Source: Nymphaea colorata
Lineage: Eukaryota
Direction of reading: 5' to 3'
Assembly (NCBI RefSeq): GCF_008831285.2
Contig: NC_045138.2
Span: 21,886,001-21,950,000, forward strand
Length of the DNA stretch: 64,000 nt
The notes under the pieces are model-generated. The model saw only the letters and a list, made by a program, of their open reading frames with translations. It had not been told where the DNA came from and did no database searches. This document shows positions 11,981-23,999 of this stretch, in pieces (positions within the stretch are counted from its first letter, which is position 1; the number at the start of each line of letters is the position of its first letter). The translations under genes and the position numbers were made by a program.

Positions 11981-12372
11981 TGTAAAAAATCGAAATGAAG
12001 AAATAATTAAAGGGACATGAATTTTTAAAGTGGTTCAGCCAATGGGCCTACGTCTACTGCTATATCATTTCTTGCTTGCCTTTATTTGATGGAGAGGCTC
12101 ATTTATATAGAGGAGTTACATAAGGGGTCTCTAGTTCCCAAGAGACATGACTTTTCATCTTTAACATACATGACTTTTTATCCCTCAAGAGACATGACTT
12201 TTCATCTCTCAAGAGACATGTCTTTTTATTTCCTAAGAGACATGACTTATCATCTCCCAACAAACATGACATTTCATTTCCTAAGAAACATGACTTTTCA
12301 TCTCCCAAGTGAGATGACTTTTCATCTCCCAAATAATTCACATTGAGAGTCTTCTTGGTGTTTCTGTTAACA
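11981..12372 (-). repeat. 5' LTR of copia element 2 (392 bp), containing eight 24-bp units at 12140-12330
   Basis: Matches 8804-9244; two units fewer plus a 1-bp deletion account exactly for the 49-bp length difference. Confidence 0.95.
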
Positions 12373-13340
12373 TGGCGTACATAACCGGCTTCGATAGATA
12401 AGTTGTCTCTCTCTCCATTTCTCTGTGTGTGTGCGTGTGCATGCACTAGAGTGGAATCAGAGGCCAGCCGAGGTAACCTATCGGCTTCGTTAGTGAGTGG
12501 CTTAGACACCTATCTTTTGGTTTCGATTTAGTGGCCGAGGTAGAAATTTTTTGTTGCAGGGCACTAATTCTTGAATTGATGTAGCAAAAGCCCACACCTG
12601 TGGCTCCACTGCCAGCGCTTCTCTCATTTCCATTTCAGTGCCGAATTGCTACACAACATGCATGTTTCTCAAATCTAATGGTATCGATAAGAACAAATTT
12701 GGCTTCTTTAAGTGCTGCCAACATAATGCAGCTTCTCGTTGCTTTCACCGTTACAAACCTAATGTTTTCATCAACCAGATTGTTGGAAGAGTAAAGATTA
12801 AATTCATCCACTAGACAGTGAATATTTCACAATCATATTTTATTTTCGGGCTGTCATGATACTGCTTATCAGAATCCTTGTTTTCCGGTCGCTTGTTGTA
12901 TCAATGCAAGTCCGCTTTCTTGCAATTTTGGATACACAGTGATAGTCTTTCCTAATGGATTTCATGGAGTTTAACTGGATACCAGATGGCATGGATGAAG
13001 CTGAGAGATAAAAATTTCACTTGTTTTATATTAAAATTTTGAAAAAAGATATTTCGCTTTAGTGAAAATTTAGAAATTTGAATTGAGTCCACCTCATGAA
13101 AAATTTCTGTCTTTGCCCCTACGCCCTTTTGCATCAGTAAAAAAGCACAACCACTTTAAGACACATGTCAAACTGTATTGCATGTTGTGAGGTGGTTGCA
13201 TCTTTAAACGGTCGCAGATAAAAAAAACATAACAAACAACCTGTTTATGTTAATTTAAAGATTATTTGTGACATTTCAAAACTTGAGGGTTTTCCTGATC
13301 TAAAGTTTTCTGTAAACTTTTAATTAAATAATATACAAAA

Positions 13341-13344
<4 letters not shown>

Positions 13345-13382
<38 letters not shown>
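13345..13382. repeat. (AT)n microsatellite
   Basis: Pure dinucleotide run. Confidence 0.9.
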
Positions 13383-13388
<6 letters not shown>

Positions 13389-13751
13389 AGAGTAGGTGCA
13401 TTTTTTTGGCACGAATAAGCCCTCAAAGACATAAACCACTGTTGCCTCTCTATTTTCGGCTTGGCCTCAGTCTTTTGACTTGTCGAGAAAAAAATAAAGT
13501 TTGGCTTTTCCTTGTCGACTGATGCTGACCGTGGTTGTGCGTCGAGGAAACAGCCCGTGGTCGATCCAAGGAGTGACTCTTCGCAATTCAGAAGATTGAT
13601 GGTATTAGCCACGGTACTTCCGTGGCCATTAATTAGTCAATTGATTTGGTTTAGATAAGATGCAACTTAAGTTGGTTTGGCTTTATTCCGTTTTCTGAGA
13701 TGTTTGCACTTAGTTCACTTTGCCTGCCACCAAATTATCATGGTTCTTGGG

Positions 13752-13784
<33 letters not shown>

Positions 13785-15123
13785 AAATTGAATGGTGATT
13801 GATATTTTTCAAGGTCATCCAACTATGGCCGTCCAATTCACATGGTGGATGTAAAGAGAAAAATCAATTTTTAAAAAATTGACCGGTTGAATACATTATG
13901 TAATTACACGAGAAAAAAAAATGTAGAGAAAGTTGCGCGTGGTGCACAGTGACAAAGGAGGGAAGAACATTTGGTCATTTGTTAAAAAGAAATGTTTTCT
14001 ATAGTCTTTTTACTTTTTTTATTTTCAATTTTTTCCTTATAAAAAAAAAATCATTGTAAACTAAATGTACTTTAGCCATTAACCATAGTGACACATAAAA
14101 ATTCATGTACCAATATGATGCATGTAACCAGGTTATTTGCTTAAACTTACGGTGTAATAACAGTTAGTATATAGTAAGTTACCATTTATAGTGCTTTCAG
14201 CCATGAATTTTTAATTTTTAACTATTCATTCACATGATCTAATTTTCACATGTATATATGAGTATAGGCAAGTCTATTTCTGTCTCATAATGACGGTAGC
14301 CAGTTTTCCTTCTATCAAACAATATTCAACTTGCATCTATCCCATAAAACACAGTTTTATTGAAAACCAAAAATGTAACTCACAACTCCGTTGTGATTTT
14401 TACCATCACTTTCCCTTGTTTCTTTTCATATGGTACGTAGTAAGAAAGGAGGACAATAGAGCCAAAAGATGGCGGGATTCCGACATGCATTGATTTCAAA
14501 GAATGCAAGAGTGAACATCATTTCACTGGAAAATTAAAGCGGTCGACGCTGATGAAGCTTACTTCCTTCCAGTTTATCTTTCCATGACAATATCGATTTC
14601 ATAACCAAATATCATTATCCGTAACTCAAATCAAGAGGTTGTACAGACTAAGTGAGGGCGCCCCTAGCTGATTCACGCGAGAAGAAGAGAGAAAGAGAGT
14701 TAAATGACGGCAAAGAACTAGATATTAAAATATTATAGAGGACAGACATTTCAAATCAAAGGGCATAGTCGGCGGCAGCTGTAGATTCCCATTATCATGA
14801 CATATAATATCCGCCGGAGCAGGAAAAATCCAACAAGAGATGACAATTTGTTTTAACAAAATTGACTATGAGAGTCGCCCTCACCAACCTGTAGGTGAGG
14901 TGACACAAGAATTACAGAACGATAGAAGTGATCGTTCTCATAAAGAAAGTTTGTTTACATGATTAGGACACTTTGTCTGCAAATTAATAACGATCTGGAA
15001 AGCAATTCAGTATGTATCTCCTTCGGTGAACAGTACTTCACAAAAGATGGGCATCAAGAAAAAGGTATCCACATCAATCTGAAGGTCGTCCTCGGATGAT
15101 TTAGTTGAAATTAACAGTGAAGC

Positions 15124-15399
15124 TCAACCCCGAGTGGCAGAAAACTTAGTGAACAGATCGACATCACAGGCAATCCTCAGGGCACCTCTGTAAGAGTACC
15201 CGAAGTCCTTTACGGACAGCTGCAACAACTTCTTCAGCAGAGGGTGATTCAGGTGGCGAACTTCCATGACTATCACCGAAGTTCGTGCATCTAATCCAAC
15301 GGAGACTGGAAGGCGGCCAGGCGGAACACTGGTACCGCGACTGAAATGGGTCTTCTTCTTCATCACAAAGTGGAGCAGTTTCTTCACGAATCCTTTCAT
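15124..15399 (-). CDS. SAUR: SAUR-family auxin-responsive protein, copy 1 (91 aa, 23-aa internal deletion; possibly pseudogene)
   Basis: VPPGRLPVSVG...LNHPLLKKLL..SVKDFGYSYRGALRIACD matches the SAUR core (VPKGH.PVYVG, LNHP.F..LL, EEFGY...G.L.IPC); intronless; lacks 69 nt relative to copies 3 and 4. Confidence 0.8.
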   Translation of the reverse strand: MKGFVKKLLHFVMKKKTHFSRGTSVPPGRLPVSVGLDARTSVIVMEVRHLNHPLLKKLLQLSVKDFGYSYRGALRIACDVDLFTKFSATRG

Positions 15400-18300
15400 C
15401 TCTCTCTCTCTCTGTCTCTTGTAACAGTGTCTAAGAGCTCTCGATTTGGGACAAAGTTTTTGAAATGGGGATCGAAGCTGGATTGGATCAACTGCATGGG
15501 TGAAAATTTATAGTCAAGTGAAAAGACAGAATGGAGTTCATACTAGAAATTCTCTCTCTCTCTCTCTCTCTAGATCTCGGTAGTGATCTAGAACTACCGC
15601 GTATGCGCATGGTTGGTCGGAGAACAGGAATCCGCATGAGAGCTTTTCTCGGCAACTTGCTCGTGGAAAGGCCATGGGTCCGCTTCTCCGTTTCGATCGA
15701 TCATCACTGTCAACAATAAATGCATTGCCTGGTTACTACATCTGTTCAATGGGCGGTTGCTATATAGCTTGTTAAAATTGGTCAAATCTTCACGGTTCTG
15801 TGTGGTTGTCAACTAGCTTTTATTAACCATTTGAGTTACGGCGAGTTTGACGGCGTGGATTCTATTTTCGTCTCCTCTCTCCCAAAGACAAACAAAGGAC
15901 TTTAATCTGATGCCCTCATGTAACTCAATCGCTTAAAAAGAAGGATAAAACCAGCTTGGACGTGGTTTTTACCAGTCACAGAAAAAGTTTCTTTTCTTTT
16001 TTTTAAAAAGAGGCGACATAAAAATGTTAGAAACAATGGAAATGAAAAAACCGCATCTGTTTGCGTTTTTTTTCAATTCCAAAATGAATTTTCATTTTTT
16101 TTTTCAATTTTTATCACGTGTTTTTGTTTTAAAGTTCATAACTTAAGCTAAGTTATTTATTTTCATTTCCATCATTACTGAAATATAATTTTATCATTTT
16201 ATATAGATATTTTCATGCTTTCTTGTAATTAGTTTTTCATTTGCTTCACTTTTTCTTAAATTTTAAGACTTTTACTTTGCCTAAATTCCCAAATTTTCCC
16301 TGACATTCTCAGCTTTGCCAAAAAGAAAAACCACAGAAATTGTCATTATAAATGCATTAAAGGCATTTTGTGCCACCTGGTTATTAATATTATATATTAG
16401 GAAAGAAATCGTCAAAAGGTTAATCCAAACTCCATTTAGTTAGGTTCCTTATATATAATACTTGTCTAAAGGGAGATCATCATAAAAAAACCCTAGCTAA
16501 AAATTGGAAATTCATTGGATGAAAGTATTTGCTTCCATGTTTGGTTGTCAACGGGTAGTGGTACTACATTAGAAGATATAAAAGGACAAAAAATTTAATA
16601 AAACACAGGAACACCTTCAGGCTTTTTAATTTCTCAAATCACTGCTTATATAAACGCAAATTGACAAGAAGATGAATTTGGCAGTAAACAGGCAGAGCCA
16701 AGGAGGGTCCCGAGGAGCTTGGGCCCCTCACAAAAAAAAAAAAAAAACATTTACCTCTAAATTTTTAAAAATTTCATTTATCCGTTAAAATTTTGAAAGT
16801 TTTACCCTGTATATAGAGATAAAAAGGAACTGCAAATAAGAAAGTTAAAATAATTATAATTACTGTCATGTATATATAGATACAATTGCCGAAGGTCAGG
16901 CCTTCAGGGTACTATGTTTCAACTTGCTTATCAGTGGCTTTCTTTTTACAGCACAAAAAGGATTAATGTTGCGAGGATTTGAAACGAAAACCAGGGGCCT
17001 TTCGTGGCTACTAATAATCAATGATTTGGTCTAGCAAAGATCAAACTTAAACTTAAGCTTTGGTGTCGTCAAATACCAGTGGTTGTTTATTTGTTATTGG
17101 GCTTAAAATATATGACTTTATTTACCCAAACGAAACTGGTCTCTGCAGGTAGATATATATTTTGATCAATTGGGTTTAATTCTATATTGATCATGTTAAG
17201 TTTAGTTTTTTTTTATTAATTTAAATTAGGTATAATTAATTAATTGCATTTCGAAAGTTGATGACCAAAAAAAGGATGTACTTAGCTACCGAGTGCATGT
17301 GTATTTATGATGCTGTTCAGGACATTAATTGAATCTGTCAGGTACCTGCAGGAGCCCTCGTTTCCCTTCTCAAGGTTTGTCTGATGGACCTTTTAATGTT
17401 TTCCATATTGAGACTGGTCAAATGAGAACATTAAGCACAAGATAGAGACAACGAGAGAGTGAGAAGCAACGGGCCTAGAGCATTCATGGTAGGAGGAATT
17501 TGTGCATTCCCTCTTCATTTGTTGCTCCACTAGAAAATGACCCCATTTATGTGGCTAGGTTACACTATAAAATCAATAAAAAGGAAAAGATATTAATTGG
17601 TTGAATACATTATCTAGCAAGTTACATATATAAAGACGAGAAAAAAATGCAGCGATCTTATAATAACTGATCATCAACATAGTGTAAAAGTCTATATCAA
17701 AGTACGGCTCAGTGAAAAGAAAATAGGATGAGAAAAACTTGAAATGCAAAAAGATATATTTTTTATTTGGGTCGATAATTATAATCGTGGCTAGAAACAG
17801 TTGGTACAAGCTACGGTTTGTTGTATAATAACAATTCATATAAAAAAAATAGATTTTAAATTTTTAGCTATCCAGCATTCCATATAATAGAATTTTTGCA
17901 TGTATATATACTTGTTGAAGAGGCTATCAAACATTAATGTTCGATTTGCATCTATTCCACAAAACAGAGTTTAAGTAAAAAGCAAAAATGTATCTCATAA
18001 CTCCGTTGAGTTTTTCATATGGTGAGTAGTAAGAAAGGCGGACAATTGAAGTATCACAACCAAGATGCATGGAGGATTTCCCACATGCATTGCAATTGAA
18101 AGAATGCAATAAGACTGAGCATCATTTCACTCGAAAATTGATGTGGTCGCTGATGAAACTTACATCGTTCCAGTTTATCTTTCAATCACAATATGGCAAG
18201 ATTACCAAATCCCATTATCTGCAACTCAAATCAAAAGCTCTCATCCACTTATATGTAAACAAGGGCTGGCGCATATGATAAGAATGTCAACATTATGGAA

Positions 18301-18687
18301 AAGATGGTTAACAAATATGGTGGCAAAGATTAAGATGATAGATTATGGAAACAGTTAATAACAAATACAAATCAAGGAGTTATCTGAGCTGTAACGCTTA
18401 TATATATAAGAGATTTGCATACTCTATTTATTCTTCAGTAGATAAATAAAATTACTCTAGGTTAAAGTTTTTTATCTTTTATGTTTTTTTTTCATTAGAA
18501 ATGATCTCAATTATAAAGAAAGTTTGTTTACGTGATTAGGACACATATATTGTCTGCAAATTAATAAAGGAATAAACGATCTGGAAAGCAATTTTATTAT
18601 TATGTATCTCCATCGGCGAACAGTTCACGAAAGATGGGCATCAAGAAAAAAGTATCCACATCAATGTGAAGGACGCCCTCCATCGAT

Positions 18688-19038
18688 TTACATGAAATCT
18701 TGCTGGGCAGAAAACTTAGTGAAGAGATCATCTAATTCCACGCAATGCCGCCTACTGCCTTTGCTGTTCAAGATCTTCATAAGAAAAAGGAAGAGATCGA
18801 CATCACAGGCAATCCTCAGGGCACCTCTGTAAGAGTAACCGAATTCCTCCACCGACAGCTGCAGCAGCTTCTTCAGCAGAGGATGATTCAGGTGGCGAGC
18901 TTCCATGACTATCACCGAAGTTCTTGCATCTAATCCAACGGAGACTGGAACGTGGCCAGGCGGAACACCGGTACCGCGACTGAAATGGGTCTTCTTCCTC
19001 ATCACAAAGTGGAAAAGTTTCTTCACGAATCCTTCCAT
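18688..19038 (-). CDS. SAUR: SAUR-family auxin-responsive protein, copy 2 (116 aa)
   Basis: VPPGHVPVSVG, LNHPLLKKLL, EEFGYSYRGALRIACD; intronless; TATAAAT upstream. Confidence 0.9.
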   Translation of the reverse strand: MEGFVKKLFHFVMRKKTHFSRGTGVPPGHVPVSVGLDARTSVIVMEARHLNHPLLKKLLQLSVEEFGYSYRGALRIACDVDLFLFLMKILNSKGSRRHCVELDDLFTKFSAQQDFM

Positions 19039-19143
19039 CTCTCTCTTTCTCGGGAGTTAGCTCTCGCTCTTGGACAAACTTGGGGAAATGGGGGATCGAT
19101 CTTATGTGCAGGAAGCTGGATTGGATCATCTGCATGGGTCAAA

Positions 19144-19200
19144 ATTTATAGTCAAGTGCAAAGACAGAATGGAATTGATACTTGATACTCTTTCTGTCTC
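19144..19200 (-). promoter_or_regulatory. Putative SAUR core promoter: TATA box (rc of 19144-19150) and AuxRE TGTCTC (19195-19200)
   Basis: TATAAAT about 105 nt upstream of the ATG, positionally conserved in all four copies (15506-15512, 24103-24109, TATATAT at 26556-26562). TGTCTC about 50 nt further upstream in copies 2, 3 (24154-24159) and 4 (26607-26612). The TGTCTC abuts a CT run, so it could be a chance match. Confidence 0.55.
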
Positions 19201-20251
19201 TCTCTCTCTCTAGATCTCTGTAATGATCTACAACTACCGAGTAAGCACATGGATTGGTCGGGCAAGAGGAAGGAGAAGAGGATTCTTCTCTCGGCGACTT
19301 GGGTCCCTCGTTTTAGTCGCGGAAAGCGTTGTTCAAACAGCCATGGGTCCGCTTCTCCGGCATCCTCACCGTCAGCAATAAATGCATTGCCTGCTTACTA
19401 CATCTATTCGACTGGCGGTTGCAGTATAACTTGTTTAAATGGGTCAAATATTCACGATTCATATGGTTGACTACAAGCATTAATTAATCATCTGAGTTAA
19501 GGCGGCGTGGATTCTATTTTCTTCTCTTCTCGTCCAAAAAAAAAAAAAACAATGTGATTTGAATGTATGGGGCAAAGTTGTTGATGGCATTATTTCTACC
19601 AGCTTGGCATGGGTTTCTACCAGTCACAGAAAGAAAAAGTTTCTTTTTTCTTGGAAAAGGCACCAGAAAAATCTTAGGAGCAAGAAAAATGAAAGAAGTT
19701 CCCCTTTTTGCATTTCCATGTTTAAGTTTTCAATTTTGTTTATGTGCTTTTGTATTATTTTTGTGTTGTTTTTGGTTTAAAGTTTAAAATTCAAGGTAAT
19801 TAAGTTTTTCTATGTAGTTACTTTTTATTGTTTCTTATAATTACTTTTTCATTTATTTAGATTTTTTCTTTTCTTAAATATTCCACAAATTTTTTCTGAG
19901 ATTCTCAACCTAAAAAAACCCCCAAAAATTGGACAAAATAATCCACCTTTAAATTATTTGTACTTGCCTATTTTGGTTTGAGACATGTACTTTGGTTTCT
20001 TTCATGGAATAATGGCCTTGGCTAGATATTGCTCTTTCTTAATGGCGACAAACTCTCCCTCAAACTAGGTGTCTATGTCATAAGCTAGCCAAAGTTCTAT
20101 CTCGTTAGAAATCTTGGCCCTCATATGCCGAAGAACAAAACTTTTATTCTGATAGATCCTTTAAAGGTAATTTAAGATGCTTTACTAGTCATTGCTGGCT
20201 AACAGTGACCCTTTACTAGTTTTTGGTCAAAACCGACTGTCCTCTAGGCTG

Positions 20252-20440
20252 AAGAGGCGGAGCCAAGAGGACCCACAGGGGCCCTGGCCCCCCCTTCTTT
20301 TTCAAAAATTTGCATATAAATTTTTTTAAAAAAATTATTTATCCTATATAAAAATTTTGAGAAATGATATTTGGCTCCTGTCAAATTTTAAAACTACAAC
20401 TTGCCCCCTCTTATAAAAAAAATTCTGGCTTTGCCTCCTG
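20252..20440. mobile_element. hAT-type MITE (GGCGGAGCC family), opposite orientation
   Basis: AGAGGCGGAGCC...GGCTTTGCCTCCTG; absent from the paralogous segment near 8390-8410; TSD degenerate, ends approximate. Confidence 0.7.
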
Positions 20441-20514
20441 CTGAAAGCTCAGTCAGCAAAGATAGACTGAAGGAAAGAAAACATGCATGACTATATGGGC
20501 AGATCATTCATTCA

Positions 20515-20928
20515 TGGCATGTTTGATAAGATCAAATTGTAGAGTTCTAAAATTAAAATTCTTATTGTTTGGTTAAATAAGAATTGCGTTATCCAGCAAA
20601 AAAGAAGTTGATTCTGGAATTATGTGTCCATTCTTAGTCAAAATCCCAGAATTATGAGCCTAATAGGAGGTGGAATTATCATTCTTGAATTTTAGAATTT
20701 AATCATTTCTCATTGAGACACATGTCATGATGGTTTTAATTTATCAATTCCAAAATTTAGTTCATTTTTATCGAACACATCATTTCCTATTGTAGAGTCA
20801 AAATTCCAAACAATCAAACACAAAAAAAATAAAAACTAAAATTGTCATTCCTATTCCAATTTGAGGTGGATTTTTTTTTTTTAGAATTTTAATTGTAAAA
20901 TCAAAATTCAAAGCCATCTAACGCCCCT
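20515..20928. mobile_element. Tourist-like (PIF/Harbinger) MITE
   Basis: Ends TGGCATGTTTGAT / ATCTAACGCCCCT, 3-bp flanks TCA/TCA, absent from the paralogous segment near 8450. Confidence 0.6.
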
Positions 20929-21289
20929 TCAATGGAAAGTAAGGTAAGCCCAAAGGTAGAGGCACACAATGGGCCAATGTTTCTTAAGCATTAGTGACAG
21001 CAAATTTGGGTTATCAAGTGTTGCCAACATAACGCAGCTTCTCATTATTTTCACTGTCGGAAACCTCATGGTTTCAACAACCAGAATTTGGAACAGTGAA
21101 GACTAATTAAATTAAACCACCAACATAACACAAGTTTGCTTTCTTGCAATTTTTTGGATGTTCAGTGTAATCAAAATTTGGTGGCTACAGTTGAAGTTCC
21201 TTGACAATGATCATATTAGTTTCACGGAGTTTTTACCAGATTGCAAGGATGAAGCTGAGAGATAAAAGTATCTTCACACGAGAAACTTG

Positions 21290-21291
<2 letters not shown>

Positions 21292-21357
<66 letters not shown>
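21292..21357. repeat. (AT)n microsatellite
   Basis: About 33 units with one interruption. Confidence 0.9.
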
Positions 21358-22032
21358 TTTTAGATGCTGCAAAGTGAGAGAGAGAGGTGAGGCCTTAGTG
21401 TAACATGAACTTTTTTTTTAAAATAATTTATGTTTGAACATGGTGAGAGGGCCACTTGCATTTTATGTTCTTTCACCTGCGACGATGAAAGCGCTCAACC
21501 ACTCCATGACATGCAGCAAACTGTACTACATGTCATGTCAAGGAAACTGCCCACGATCCATCCAAGAAATTACTCTTAACAGCACCAATTGTACTACATG
21601 TCAAGGACACTGCCTGTGATCCATCCAGAAAATTACTCTATAAACACACACATTCTATAATATAATATAACTTTATTTAACAAAACGAAACTGGACTTTG
21701 CAGGTCGATATATATTTTAATTAATCCAGTTTAATTCTATATTGCTTAAATTTTTTATTAATTTAGATTAGGTATAACTGGTTAATTGTATTTGAGCATT
21801 TGTTGACCAAAAAAAGCATCTGGCTAGCGAGTGTATGTATATTTAATATGGCGTTCAGGACATTAATTGAATCGGTCAGGTACGAGAACGAGTTCTGAAG
21901 GTTGGTTGGACGGACTTTTTTAATGTTTTCCAACTTGTGACTGGTCAATGAGAAAGGCATAAGATATAGACAAACCTGATCATAGGTTTGTGGGAAAGTC
22001 ACAAGAAAGTGAGAAGCAAAGAGCCATAGTCA

Positions 22033-22211
22033 CAAGGGCGGAGCCAAGGTAAGGTCTGCATCGGCTCGGGTCTCACTTCAAAAAAAAAAACAAAAAAAAT
22101 TACATGTAAATTTTAGAAAATTTCACTTGTTCTATATAAAAATTTTGAAAAATGTCAGCCTTACAAACTTTAATTCGGCCCTCTCATAAAAAATTTCTAA
22201 CTCTGCCCCTA
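22033..22211. mobile_element. hAT-type MITE (GGCGGAGCC family)
   Basis: CAAGGGCGGAGCC...AACTCTGCCCCTA; absent from the paralogous segment at about 17470; TSD degenerate (GCCATAGT/GACATAGA). Confidence 0.75.
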
Positions 22212-23175
22212 GACATAGAGCATTCACAATATGGGGCAATTTACATTCCTTCTGCATGATCTCCACTAAAAAATAACCCATTTATGTGGCTAGGTTACAC
22301 TGCAAAATCAATGACTGGTTGAATACATTATGTAGTTACATATATAAAGACAAAGAGAAAACTGCAGCGATCTTACTATTAGAACAACTGATCGTCAACA
22401 TGTGGTAAAAGACTAATCAAAGTACGGCTCAGTGAAAAAAAAATTAAAATGATAAGAAAATTTGAAAAGTAAAAAAGATTATATTTTTGAGTTGAATAGA
22501 TCATTATAATTTTTGCTAAAAAAAGATCGCCATATATGTTTGTTAGAGTATTAGCTATAGTTTATGGTGCAATAATAATCTACATGGTTTCAATGGCGGT
22601 TTGGAAACAATAACACTGTTTTACTGTTTTATGCATCTACCCAAAAAAATAGTGCAGATTCATCAAAGAATGTAACCAATTTTTAGATTACATACATAAG
22701 ACACAATATAATGTTACTGTTTCTTATTGTGCATGCTTTTCACTGTCTAATCTAATTCTCATAATAATGACGGTGGCCTAGTTTTCCTTGAGGCTATCAA
22801 ACAATGTTCATCTGGCATCTATACCATAAAACAGATTTTTATTTTAAGAAGCAAAAAATATATCTCGCTACTCCTTTGAGATTTTTACCATCAATTTCCC
22901 TTGTTTCTTTTCATATGGTACGTGGTAAGAAAGGAGGACAATGGAGCTGACACAACCAAGAACAAGATGCACGACAGGATTCCGACATGCATTGCTTTGA
23001 AAGAATGCAATAAGACTGAACTACATTTCACTGCAAAAAAAATTAAAGTGGACGCTGATGAAACTCACTTCGTTCCAGTTTATCTTTCAATCACAATATC
23101 GACATTATTATCAAATTTCAGTATCTGTAACTCAAATCAAAAGCTTGTACAGTGAAAATTGAAGGAGAGAGACGA

Positions 23176-23207
<32 letters not shown>

Positions 23208-23654
23208 AAAATTGAAGGTACGTACGTAATGAACTAGAAATTATAATACAGAGGACAAACATTTCAAATCAAAGGGCATAGTCGGCGGCAGCTGGAGATT
23301 CCCATTATCTTGACATATAATATCCGCTGGAACATGAAAAATCCAACAAGAGATGACAAATTTGTGTTAACACAAAATTGACCATGAGAGTCGCCCTCAC
23401 CAACCTGTAAGTGAGGTGACAGTGACACAAGAATTTCAGAACGATAGAAGTGATCGCGCTCATAATGAAAGTTTATTTACATGATTAGGACACTTTGTCT
23501 GCAAATTAATAAAGGAATAAACGATCTGAAAAGCAATTCATTATGTATTTCCTTCGGTGAACAGTACTTCACAAAAGATGGGCATCAAGAAAAAGGTATC
23601 CACATCAATGTGAAGGTCGTCCTCGGATGATTTAGTTGAAATTAACAGTGAAGC

Positions 23655-23999
23655 TCAACCCCGAGTGGCAGAAAACTTGGTGAAGAGATCATCTAGTTCA
23701 ACGCAATGCCGCAGACTGTCTCTGCTGTTCAAGATTTTCATAAGAAAAAGAAAGAGATCGACATCACAGGCAATCCTCAGGGCACCTCTGTAAGAGTACC
23801 CGAATTCCTCCACCGACAGCTGCAGCAACTTCTTCAGCAGAGGGTGATTCAGGTGGCGAGCTTCCATGACTAGCACCGAAGCTCTCGCATCTAATCCAAC
23901 GGCGACTGGAACGTGGGCGGGCGGAACACCGGTACCGCGACTGAAATGGGTCTTCTTCTTCGTCACAAAGTGGAAAAGTTTCTTCAGGAATCCTTCCAT
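23655..23999 (-). CDS. SAUR: SAUR-family auxin-responsive protein, copy 3 (114 aa)
   Basis: Same SAUR core motifs; intact intronless ORF. Confidence 0.9.
   Translation of the reverse strand: MEGFLKKLFHFVTKKKTHFSRGTGVPPAHVPVAVGLDARASVLVMEARHLNHPLLKKLLQLSVEEFGYSYRGALRIACDVDLFLFLMKILNSRDSLRHCVELDDLFTKFSATRG

Larger units (their letters stand above)
8804..12372 (-). mobile_element. Ty1/copia LTR retrotransposon (Ale-like), internally deleted (no gag/protease), inactivated
   Basis: LTRs 11981-12372 (5') and 8804-9244 (3'), TG...CA ends; 5-bp TSD TGGCG (8799-8803, 12373-12377); PBS TAGTATCAGAGC (rc of 11969-11980, one mismatch to iMet); PPT is the rc of TCCCCCCGC at 9245-9253. Confidence 0.95.

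Noticed and set aside
23500..23654. Classical DST instability element in the SAUR 3' UTR
   Set aside because: No ATAGAT core found on the sense strand of the proximal 3' flank.
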